Assembly: GCA_033549025.1 (NCBI GenBank)
Contig: JAWSUS010000001.1
Location: 1 to 64,000, forward strand
Direction of reading: 5' to 3'
DNA from: Desulfuromonadales bacterium
Lineage (GTDB): Bacteria; Desulfobacterota; Desulfuromonadia; Desulfuromonadales; SZUA-540
Length of the DNA: 64,000 nt
Part shown: one piece after another, positions 55,950 to 64,000 of the stretch
Position numbering within the stretch: the first letter of the stretch is position 1
Layout: every line of letters begins with the position of its first letter
Program-made: the position numbers and the translations under genes
The notes under the pieces: generated by a model
What the model saw: the letters and a program-made list of their open reading frames with translations, nothing else
Told to the model about the DNA's origin: nothing
Databases searched by the model: none

Positions 55950-57233
55950 ATGGATAAGAATTGGAAACTAGAGACCCTGGCCATTCAGGCGGGCTACAGC
56001 CCCAAGGCTACGGAACCGCGTATCGTCCCTATCGTGCAGAGCACGACTTTTAAATACGACAGCGCCGAGCATGTGGCCAAACTGTTTGATCTGGATGCCG
56101 CCGATCCTTTTTACACCCGCCTCGGCAACCCGACGACGTCGGCCTTTGAAGCCAAGATTGCCGCCATGGAAGGGGGCGTCGGCGCGCTGGCGACCTCAGC
56201 TGGCCAGGCGGCCTCCACCCTGTCCATCCTCAATATCTGCCGATCCGGCCAGCATATCATCTCGGCCAGCACCCTGTACGGTGGCACCTACTCCCTCTTT
56301 GCCAACACCCTGCCCAAGATGGGTATTGAGGTCACCTTTGTCGACCCTGAGGCGCCCCTGGACGAGCTTAAGAAGCACTTTCGCGCCGAGACTCGCGCCA
56401 TCTTTGCCGAGACCATCGGCAACCCCGGCCTGAATGTGCTCGATTTCGAAAAGTTCTCCGCCCTGGCCAAGGACATGGGTGTTCCCCTGATCATCGACAA
56501 TACCTTCGGCACCCCTTACCTGTGCCGCCCTTTCGAGCACGGCGCCCATATCGTCATCCACTCCACCACCAAATATATCGACGGCCACGCCACCAGCGTC
56601 GGCGGGGTCATTGTAGACAGCGGCACCTTCGACTGGACCTCGGGAAAATACCCGGAGCTGACGGAGCCTGATTCCAGCTACCACGGCCTGCGCTACGTAG
56701 AGAAGTTCGGGCCGATGGCCTACATCATCAAGGCCCGTGCGCAACTGATGCGCGACATCGGCACCACCCCGGCGCCCCTGAATTCTTTTCTGAACAATCT
56801 CGGTCTCGAAACCGTCGCCCTGCGCATGGAACGGCACAGCTACAATGCCCTGAAACTCGCCCAGTACCTGGAGGAGCATGCGGACGTCACCTGGGTCAAC
56901 TACCCCGGCCTGCCCAGCCATCCCAGCTACAGCCGCGCCCAGAAATACCTGCCCAAGGGGGCCAGCGGCGTGCTGACCTTCGGTATCAAGGGGGGGAAAA
57001 AGGCCGGCATCAAATTCATGGAGAGCACCAAACTCATCGCTCTGGTCGTACACGTCGGCGACGCCCGCTCCTGCGTCCTGCACCCCGCCAGCACCACCCA
57101 TCGCCAGCTTACCCCGGAACAGCAACGGGCTTCGGGTGTTTCCCCCGACCTCATCCGCCTGTCCGTCGGTATTGAGCATATCGATGACATCATTGCCGAT
57201 GTCGAACAGGCACTACAAGCCAGTCAAAAATAA
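55950..57233 (+). CDS. metY: O-acetylhomoserine aminocarboxypropyltransferase
   Basis: [29 protein letters not shown]. Confidence 0.92.
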   Translation: MDKNWKLETLAIQAGYSPKATEPRIVPIVQSTTFKYDSAEHVAKLFDLDAADPFYTRLGNPTTSAFEAKIAAMEGGVGALATSAGQAASTLSILNICRSGQHIISASTLYGGTYSLFANTLPKMGIEVTFVDPEAPLDELKKHFRAETRAIFAETIGNPGLNVLDFEKFSALAKDMGVPLIIDNTFGTPYLCRPFEHGAHIVIHSTTKYIDGHATSVGGVIVDSGTFDWTSGKYPELTEPDSSYHGLRYVEKFGPMAYIIKARAQLMRDIGTTPAPLNSFLNNLGLETVALRMERHSYNALKLAQYLEEHADVTWVNYPGLPSHPSYSRAQKYLPKGASGVLTFGIKGGKKAGIKFMESTKLIALVVHVGDARSCVLHPASTTHRQLTPEQQRASGVSPDLIRLSVGIEHIDDIIADVEQALQASQK

Positions 57234-57255
57234 GCTTTCCTCTTCTTGTTTCTTT

Positions 57256-57285
57256 AAAACGGGCCTTTACGGGCCCGTTTTTTTT
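57256..57285 (+). terminator. Terminator
   Basis: AAAACGGGCC/GGCCCGTTTT + T-run. Confidence 0.75.
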
Positions 57286-57438
57286 GATTCCCTCATTGCC
57301 AATTGCTTTCCGATATTTTTTCTGATAATTATCCAGACATTCCCTATTGTTTCCGTAGGGTTTACAGCGACCCGAAACGGAGTAAAATTTCAGCGATTCA
57401 CCCGCTATTCGCCCAGACCATTTTACCTGGAGGTTGAA

Positions 57439-58725
57439 ATGTCCGAGATAAAAAGAGGAATTGGCACACAGGCCCTGCATGGCGGCCAGAAACCGGATCC
57501 CACCACCCGCTCAAGGGCGGTACCGATTTACCAGACCACATCCTACACCTTTGATTCCACCGCTCATGCAGCCGGGCTTTTTTCCTTGGAGCAGCAGGGA
57601 AACATCTATACCCGCATTATGAACCCCACCACCGACGTATTGGAACAGCGACTGGCGGAGATGGACGGCGGTAGCGGTGCCCTCGCGGTGGCGTCGGGTT
57701 CGGCGGCCATCAGCCTGACCGTTCTCAACCTGGCCAGCGCCGGCGACAACATCATCGCCTCCAGTCACCTGTATGGCGGCACCTACAACCTGTTTAACCA
57801 CACCCTGCGCCGCTTCGGCATCCGTGTCCGTTTTTTCGATCCGGCCTCCCCCGACACCTTGGCCGGTCTCATCGATGAAAGGACGCGGGGGATTTTCTTG
57901 GAGACGATCCCCAATCCCAAAAACTGCGTTATTGACTTCACCGCCATCAGCGCTATCGCAAAAGCACAGGGAGTTCCCCTGATTGTCGACAATACGGTGG
58001 CGACGCCCGTTCTTTTCCGTCCCATTGAGCACGGAGCCAACATCGTCTGCTATTCGCTGACCAAGTTCATTGGCGGCCATGGCACCAGCATCGGCGGCGC
58101 CGTCGTCGATCTGGGCAATTTCGACTGGGACAACGGACGCTTTCCCGAATTCACCACGCCGGATCCGAGCTACCACGGCCTCGCCTATTACCCCGCCCTG
58201 GGTGCGCAGGCGTTTATCCTGAAGATGCGCCTGACCCTGCTGCGCGACCTGGGGCCCAGCCTCTCCCCTTTCAACAGTTTTCAGATTCTACAGGGACTGG
58301 AGACGCTGCACCTGCGCATGCCCCGCCACTGTGAAAACGCCCTGGCCCTGGCCCGCCACCTGGAACAGCATCCCGACGTGGCCTGGGTCAACTATCCGGG
58401 ACTGCCCAGCCATCCCGACCATGAACGCGCCCGCCAGTATCTGCCCCAGGGGCAGGGAGCCATCCTCGGCTTCGGCATCAAGGGGGGTAAAGAGGCAGCG
58501 GCACGCTTTATCGATCATGTGCAGCTCGCCAGCCACCTGGCCAATGTCGGCGACGCCAAAACCCTGGTCATCCACCCGGCCTCGACCACCCACCAGCAAC
58601 TCACCCCCGAAGAACAGCAGTCCGCCGGGGTGACCCCCGATTATATCCGGGTCTCCGTCGGCATCGAAAGCATCGAGGATATCCTGGCCGATTTCGATCA
58701 GGCCCTGCGCGCGGCCCACGCCTAG
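57439..58725 (+). CDS. metY: O-acetylhomoserine aminocarboxypropyltransferase, second paralog
   Basis: GGAGG RBS at ATG 57439; [26 protein letters not shown]. Confidence 0.92.
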   Translation: MSEIKRGIGTQALHGGQKPDPTTRSRAVPIYQTTSYTFDSTAHAAGLFSLEQQGNIYTRIMNPTTDVLEQRLAEMDGGSGALAVASGSAAISLTVLNLASAGDNIIASSHLYGGTYNLFNHTLRRFGIRVRFFDPASPDTLAGLIDERTRGIFLETIPNPKNCVIDFTAISAIAKAQGVPLIVDNTVATPVLFRPIEHGANIVCYSLTKFIGGHGTSIGGAVVDLGNFDWDNGRFPEFTTPDPSYHGLAYYPALGAQAFILKMRLTLLRDLGPSLSPFNSFQILQGLETLHLRMPRHCENALALARHLEQHPDVAWVNYPGLPSHPDHERARQYLPQGQGAILGFGIKGGKEAAARFIDHVQLASHLANVGDAKTLVIHPASTTHQQLTPEEQQSAGVTPDYIRVSVGIESIEDILADFDQALRAAHA

Positions 58726-58895
58726 CGCTCGTGTTGTTCACTCCCTGCACCGGCATCCTGCCCGGCCCTCTCAAGGGCGGGATGCCGGTGACTCCGTTTC
58801 GCCACCTTCGCCCCACCCCTTTTACACCCCTTTTTATTGCCAATCCCGCCTGCGCGTGCTAAGCTCCCTGCCGCTTCTATCCCCTCAATTCCCTG

Positions 58896-59792
58896 ATGCA
58901 ACGGCCTATGAAAAAGCGTTTTTTTAAAAATCGCCTCGAGTATATCCTCTTCCTCCCCCTGGCCTTTCTGGCCCGGGTGCTCCCCCGCAATGTCGCTTTG
59001 GGTCTGGGCGCTCAGCTGGGGTGGCTCAGTCAATATCTGCTGCCCAAGCGGGCCAGGCAGGCCCGGGACAATCTGCGACAAGCCTTCCCCGACATGTCCG
59101 CGACCGACCTGAAGCAGACGATCGACGACATGTTTCGCCATTTAGGCAAAAGTGGCATGGAGATGTTGCAGCTCGACCAGTTCCGCACCGACGAGGACGT
59201 AAAGAAATACTTCACCTTCCACGGACTGGAAAATCTGAAGGAAGCGCAGGCGCTGGGCAAAGGGCTGTTCATCCTCACCGGTCATCTCGGGTTCTGGGAG
59301 GTGGGAACCTTTTTTCTGCCCCGACTCGGCGTTCCCGTCGACTTTGTCGCCAAGAGAATGAAAAACCCCTATATCGACGAGTATTTCCGGCGACTTCGCG
59401 AAGCCGGCGGCGGTCAGGTGATCGAGGCCAAACACGGCGCCCGCCGCATCGTCAAGGCGTTGGGAGAACAGCGCGCTGTAGCGATTCTGCTGGATCAGCA
59501 CATCTCGCCCCCCGCTGGGTTCAAGGTCAACTTTTTCGGGCGGCCAGCCTATACCACCCCGATTATCAGCCAGATCGCCATGAAGCTGGGAACCCCCGTG
59601 GTACCCGCGTTTTCCTATCGCAAGGACGACAATCACTACGATATCGTTTTCGAGCCGATGCTGGTCTTCGACAAGGACAACAGTGAAGAGGCGGCTCGGC
59701 GCAACACCCAGGTTCTCACCGATTACATCGAAGCCGCCGTGCGTAAAAAGATCACCCAGTGGTTCTGGGTGCACAAGCGCTGGCGGGCCTGA
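58896..59792 (+). CDS. lpxL: Lipid A biosynthesis acyltransferase (LpxL/HtrB family)
   Basis: GHLGFWE, LLDQ, FFG, QWFWVHKRW. Confidence 0.85.
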   Translation: MQRPMKKRFFKNRLEYILFLPLAFLARVLPRNVALGLGAQLGWLSQYLLPKRARQARDNLRQAFPDMSATDLKQTIDDMFRHLGKSGMEMLQLDQFRTDEDVKKYFTFHGLENLKEAQALGKGLFILTGHLGFWEVGTFFLPRLGVPVDFVAKRMKNPYIDEYFRRLREAGGGQVIEAKHGARRIVKALGEQRAVAILLDQHISPPAGFKVNFFGRPAYTTPIISQIAMKLGTPVVPAFSYRKDDNHYDIVFEPMLVFDKDNSEEAARRNTQVLTDYIEAAVRKKITQWFWVHKRWRA

Positions 59793-59806
59793 TTGGCCCC
59801 ATTCCT

Positions 59807-60283
59807 ATGAACATAGCGCCCCTCCCCTTCCATATTGTGCTCATCGAGCCGGAAATCCCCCCCAACACTGGCAACATCGCCCGCCTGTGCGCGGCCACGG
59901 GCACTCATCTGCACCTGGTGGGCAAGCTCGGCTTTTCCCTCGACGACAAGCATCTCAAACGGGCCGGTCTCGACTACTGGCCGGCCGTCAAGCTGCAGCG
60001 CTGGCCATCCCTGACGGACCTGCAGCAGGCCTTTCCCGAGGGCCGCTTTTGGTACACCTCCAAAAAGGCGGCACACTCCTACGTCCAGGCCGCGTTTCAG
60101 CCCGGAGATTTCATTGTTTTCGGAAAAGAAACGGAAGGACTGCCGGAAGAGTTGCTGGAACAAAACGCCGAGAACACCATTCGCATCCCGATTTTCTCGC
60201 CGGATGTGCGCAGCCTGAACCTGTCGACGGCGGCGGGAATCGTGCTGTACGAGGCCCTGCGACAGGCGGGACGCCTTAGCTGA
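59807..60283 (+). CDS. trmL: tRNA (cytidine/uridine-34-2'-O)-methyltransferase
   Basis: PEIPPNTGNIARLC, RAGLDYW, FGKETEGLP, RSLNLS. Confidence 0.95.
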   Translation: MNIAPLPFHIVLIEPEIPPNTGNIARLCAATGTHLHLVGKLGFSLDDKHLKRAGLDYWPAVKLQRWPSLTDLQQAFPEGRFWYTSKKAAHSYVQAAFQPGDFIVFGKETEGLPEELLEQNAENTIRIPIFSPDVRSLNLSTAAGIVLYEALRQAGRLS

Positions 60284-60926
60284 GGGGTTTTTTCTCCTCT
60301 TCGCGGTCTGTCAGGCGGGCCAGCGCCCGGTCATGCCAGCGGGACAGCAGCAGCAAAGCCGCGACCGCCCCCACCAACGCCCAGAACATATCCCACTGAG
60401 TATCCCAGATATCCCCTTGCAGGGAGAGAAAGGCGTCCGCGGCGGTGCCGGTAAGAACGGACATCCACCATTCGACCAGTTCATAAAAGGCGCTGATAGC
60501 CAGACAGACACAAGTGACCAGGAAAAAGAGCCAACCGCCCGACCGCAGGGGCGAAGTGCGCAACAGAATTTCCCGGGCCACAATAGCGGGAACGAAGCCC
60601 TGGGCCAGGTGCCCGACACGGTCGTAGTAGTTGCGCTGCAGATCGTAGGTGTCCTGCAGCCAGTTGAACAGGGGCACTTCGGCATAGGTATGGTGACTGC
60701 CGACAATCAGGATGGCGGCGTGCAGCCAGATAAGCACATAGGCGAGATTGGTCAAGCGGAAGGTGCGGTAGGTCAGAAGCAGGACGATGACGGCGACGAT
60801 GGCCGGAAAGGCCTCGAGAATCCAGATAAAAAGGTCGGCCGGCTCGATGACCGACCAAACCAGCAGGGCCAGCAGGCTGATAAGCAGAAAAAGATGAAGG
60901 TTCCTGTCCCTGGTTGACGCCACCAT
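60276..60926 (-). CDS. DUF2238 / YjdF inner membrane protein
   Basis: HTYAEVP, RNYYDRVGH, YELVEW, QGDIWDTQWDM. Confidence 0.9.
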   Translation of the reverse strand: MVASTRDRNLHLFLLISLLALLVWSVIEPADLFIWILEAFPAIVAVIVLLLTYRTFRLTNLAYVLIWLHAAILIVGSHHTYAEVPLFNWLQDTYDLQRNYYDRVGHLAQGFVPAIVAREILLRTSPLRSGGWLFFLVTCVCLAISAFYELVEWWMSVLTGTAADAFLSLQGDIWDTQWDMFWALVGAVAALLLLSRWHDRALARLTDREEEKKPLS

Positions 60927-60950
60927 CCCGGCTCCTGCCCAAATGACGAT

Positions 60951-61484
60951 TTAGCTCTCTTCCCCGGCCTGCTGCTTTTCAAAATCCAACAACCACTGCT
61001 TGGTGGCTACCCCCTGCCCCCCCGAATAGCCTGTCAGCCTGCCGCCCCCTCCGACGACCCGATGACAGGGGACGACGATGGGAAAAGGATTGGTGGCCAT
61101 GGCCCGTCCGACGGCCCGAGCCGCCTGGGGCGAGCCAGCCAGTGTCGCCAGGTCGCCGTAGGTCAGGGTGCGGCCGTAATCTACCCGCGACAAGAGGGTC
61201 AACACCCTGCGGGTAAAGACCGGCAGGTTCACCATATCTAGAGGTAGCTCAAACTGCCGCCGGCGCCCATCAAAATAGGCGTTCAGCTGTCCTGCCGCAT
61301 TGTGCAGAAGGGCATTTTCCTGTTCCCTCGCTTGGGGATATTTGCGGCGAATCTGCTCTTTTATGATAGCCGGGTCTGCCTGAAAGACAATCTCCACGAG
61401 GCTGTCTTGATTCCCGACAAGTCCAAACATTCCCACCGGGGATTTCATCAAGGCAAAAAAGATTTTTTCGCTTTTCAGCATCAT
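60951..61484 (-). CDS. ogt: Methylated-DNA-protein-cysteine methyltransferase
   Basis: AARAVG, NPFPIVVPCHRV. Confidence 0.93.
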   Translation of the reverse strand: MMLKSEKIFFALMKSPVGMFGLVGNQDSLVEIVFQADPAIIKEQIRRKYPQAREQENALLHNAAGQLNAYFDGRRRQFELPLDMVNLPVFTRRVLTLLSRVDYGRTLTYGDLATLAGSPQAARAVGRAMATNPFPIVVPCHRVVGGGGRLTGYSGGQGVATKQWLLDFEKQQAGEES

Positions 61485-63052
61485 GCTCGCCTCCCGAGTT
61501 TGCGCCGTATCAACGCATAGGCCTCGGCGGCTTGGGGTATGCGTACCGCCATGCAGCCAACGCCGTACACCAACATCCCCGTACTTACCGCGGCGACCAG
61601 CACCACCGCCTTGAGTCCATGCCGGCCAGCCTCAGTCCAGGGGCCGAACTGTAAAATGGTCCAAACCACGACTCCCATAAGCACCGTGACGGGAATAAGC
61701 CGCAGCAGGTTCGTGATGACCGGTTTCAACCCAAGCGGACCGGCCACCCGCCGCAGCATCCACAGCAGGAGGGCGCCGTTGAACACGGATGAAAGGGTCA
61801 GGGCCAGTGCCAGCCCCAGGTGTTTGAAAGGCCCCATGAGTGCCAGACCGAGGCCGGCATTGACCAGCAGGGTCCAGAAGGATATCCAGACGGGTGTGCG
61901 CGTATTCTTCATGGCATAGAAAGCCGGAACCACCACGCGACTGATGCCGAGGAAAAAGAGCCCCGGCGCATAAAAGGCCAGAGCCAGGGCAGACTGGCGG
62001 ACTTCCTCGAAACCGAAAGCGCCGGACATGAAAAACAGGCTGAAGACAGGCACCGCGCACAACAGCAGGCCGACCGCGGCCGGCACAGTGAAGAGGGCGA
62101 TCAGGATGAGGGCGAATCGGAGCGACTCCTTGAGGCCGTCCATATCCCCGAGGGAGGCCTGGCGGCTCATGGAAGGAAGCACGGCCTGGGCCAGCGAAAC
62201 GATGAAGATCCCCTGCGGAAATTCAAAAAGACGCTGACCGTAATAAAGGTAGGAGACGCTTCCTTCAGGCAAGAAGGAGGCCAGCAGACGCGTGAGAACC
62301 ACATTGATCTGATAGATCGCCACCCCGGCTATCCCCGGCAGCATCAGCGAAGCGATACGGCGCACCGCCGGATGGGAGAATGAGAAGTCGAGTCGCAGGC
62401 GGATCTCCGTCGCCTTGAGGGCCGGGAACTGCATGAGGAGCTGGAGCAGGCCGCCAAGAAGAACCCCGACCGCCAGAGCTGTGATGGGCACCTCGAACAG
62501 GGGGGAGAGGAAGATCGCGCTCAGAATCATGGCGATATTGAGTACCAGGGGTGAGACGGAGGGCCAGAAATAGCGGCCGTGGACGTTGAGGATGCCGGTA
62601 AGCAGCGCCAGCAGACTAACGAAAAAGATATAAGGGAACATGATCCGATTAAGGTAATCGGTCAAAGCCAGCTTTCCCTCAATGCTGCCAAACCCGAAGC
62701 CGATAAAACGCACGATATAAGGGGAGCCAAGCACACCGGCCAGGGTCACCAGGGTCAGCACGATCAGCAGCAGCGTCCAGCAGATGGAAGCGACGCGCCG
62801 AGCTTCAGCTGGCCCTTCCCGGTGCAAGACGTCGGAGAAGGTGGGGACAAAGGCGGCGGTCAGAGACCCTTCGGCGAAAAATCGGCGCAGCAGATTGGGA
62901 ATAGTGAAGGCCATGAAAAAGGCATCTGTCGCGAATCCCGCGCCGAAAAAACCCGCCACCACCATATCGCGCACCAAACCGCCAATACGGCTCAAGCCGG
63001 TCGCCAGGCCCATGATCCCTGTTGCCCTGGAAATGTGTCCTTTTTCTGACAT
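61481..63052 (-). CDS. murJ: Lipid II flippase MurJ/MviN
   Basis: SRIGGLVRD, IPNLLRRFFAEG, multiple TM segments. Confidence 0.95.
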   Translation of the reverse strand: MSEKGHISRATGIMGLATGLSRIGGLVRDMVVAGFFGAGFATDAFFMAFTIPNLLRRFFAEGSLTAAFVPTFSDVLHREGPAEARRVASICWTLLLIVLTLVTLAGVLGSPYIVRFIGFGFGSIEGKLALTDYLNRIMFPYIFFVSLLALLTGILNVHGRYFWPSVSPLVLNIAMILSAIFLSPLFEVPITALAVGVLLGGLLQLLMQFPALKATEIRLRLDFSFSHPAVRRIASLMLPGIAGVAIYQINVVLTRLLASFLPEGSVSYLYYGQRLFEFPQGIFIVSLAQAVLPSMSRQASLGDMDGLKESLRFALILIALFTVPAAVGLLLCAVPVFSLFFMSGAFGFEEVRQSALALAFYAPGLFFLGISRVVVPAFYAMKNTRTPVWISFWTLLVNAGLGLALMGPFKHLGLALALTLSSVFNGALLLWMLRRVAGPLGLKPVITNLLRLIPVTVLMGVVVWTILQFGPWTEAGRHGLKAVVLVAAVSTGMLVYGVGCMAVRIPQAAEAYALIRRKLGRRA

Positions 63053-63242
63053 GATGCCCAGCCTGTCTCTAGTCGTTTCATCGCCCCGGGAGTCCGTATA
63101 AGAGCTGGCCCTGCTTTCCCGAGGGGTGTCATACTGCCACAAAGAGGTTACAGCAGGTATTATTTTTTATTAATCCACAGAAACGTTGCCGCAAACCCTT
63201 GATTTAGGGGATTTTTATTGAAGTTATTAATTGTTTTTTATA

Positions 63243-63272
63243 TTGACATCTCGTCATGGAGAATGCTATAAA
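63243..63272 (+). promoter_or_regulatory. rpsT promoter
   Basis: TTGACA-18bp-TATAAA with extended TG. Confidence 0.65.
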
Positions 63273-63323
63273 CGGGCCTTCGCAAGCAACATTAATACAA
63301 AAGAATCACTGGAGGATAGAACC

Positions 63324-63587
63324 TTGGCAAATCACAAGTCAGCACTGAAAAGAAATCGTCAGAACGCCGTCCGCAACGCCCGCAACACGCACATCCGTTC
63401 GTCCATGAGAACCTTTGTCAAGAAGGTCCGTGAAGCAGTATCCGCCGGTGATGCGGAAGCGGCCAAAGCTGCTCTGGCGCAGGCTGTTCCTTTTATCGAC
63501 AAAGCCTCCACCAAGGGGGTCATTCATAAGGCTACGGCCAGCCGCAAAATCTCTCGCCTGACCAAGCTTGTCAACACCATGGGCTAA
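63324..63587 (+). CDS. rpsT: 30S ribosomal protein S20
   Basis: TTG start with [14 protein letters not shown]...[16 protein letters not shown]. Confidence 0.96.
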   Translation: MANHKSALKRNRQNAVRNARNTHIRSSMRTFVKKVREAVSAGDAEAAKAALAQAVPFIDKASTKGVIHKATASRKISRLTKLVNTMG

Positions 63588-63618
63588 GAGAAACCCGGCC
63601 TTTAGACAGATTAAACCC

Positions 63619-63646
63619 AAAGGGGGGCTTTCGCCCCCCTTTTTTT
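63619..63646. terminator. Terminator between rpsT and holA
   Basis: AAAGGGGGGC-TTTC-GCCCCCTTTTTTT. Confidence 0.8.
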
Positions 63647-63664
63647 GTGCCCTAGACTGAGCTA

Positions 63665-64000
63665 TCAAGCCCCGATCACGTTGAGCACCAGTTCTTCCAT
63701 AAGCGCTTCGTCATTGGCGCCACTCGATTTAAGGGCCACATCCGTCTGCAGAAACAACTCAAATATGCGCCGATATTGCCCCGCAGAAAACAAGTCCGCC
63801 TGGGCAATCAGGCCATCGGCGAAATAAGGATTGACGCCTACCTGTCGGGGAATATCCCGGCGCGGCACCTTCTGGTCGAGAAGCTCCCTGATTTTCCAAA
63901 GGCTCCTGTAATGGCGCGCCAACATGGTCAAAATCACCAAAGAAACAACGCCATCCTCTTGCAGACGCCGCAAAAATCGCAGGGCTTCACCCGTCTGGCG
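63665..64000 (-). CDS. holA: DNA polymerase III delta subunit, C-terminal part (runs off the window)
   Basis: TDVALKSSG...MEELVL C-terminus; convergent with rpsT as commonly seen. Confidence 0.75.
   Translation of the reverse strand, partial: RQTGEALRFLRRLQEDGVVSLVILTMLARHYRSLWKIRELLDQKVPRRDIPRQVGVNPYFADGLIAQADLFSAGQYRRIFELFLQTDVALKSSGANDEALMEELVLNVIGA

Noticed and set aside
57136..57438. N-terminal extension of the second metY
   Set aside because: Crosses the upstream gene end and terminator; RBS supports ATG 57439

Overview
The window looks like a chromosome segment of a Desulfuromonadales/Geobacter-like deltaproteobacterium (inferred from the c7 cytochrome, the HcpR-type regulator and gene content). 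Bases ~1-1950 are the remnant of a tRNA-Phe-targeted island: a 3' tRNA fragment, a Fic gene and a broken hsdR. Bases ~1952-38155 are an apparently complete ~36.2 kb Mu-like transposable prophage with a non-contractile tail, carrying repressor, ner, MuA/MuB, gam, gemA, lysis, head and tail genes. Bases 38230-64000 are host housekeeping genes: tRNA-Val, a B12/acyl-CoA cluster, rsgA, cytochromes c, cmoAB, an HcpR regulon, tRNA-Leu, rqcH, two metY, lpxL, trmL, ogt, murJ, rpsT and holA. The prophage is rich in RNA-level elements read directly from the sequence: two type II hammerhead ribozymes bracketing a 2.77 kb early-gene block, a c4 antisense/antirepressor switch, and a candidate promoter-driven structured small RNA facing a MuF-fused nuclease-like domain that has no protein immunity gene. 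It also has a capsid protein with a signal-peptide-like extension and a peptide + two-TM moron behind the repressor. Family assignments come from motif recognition only; no database searches were run.
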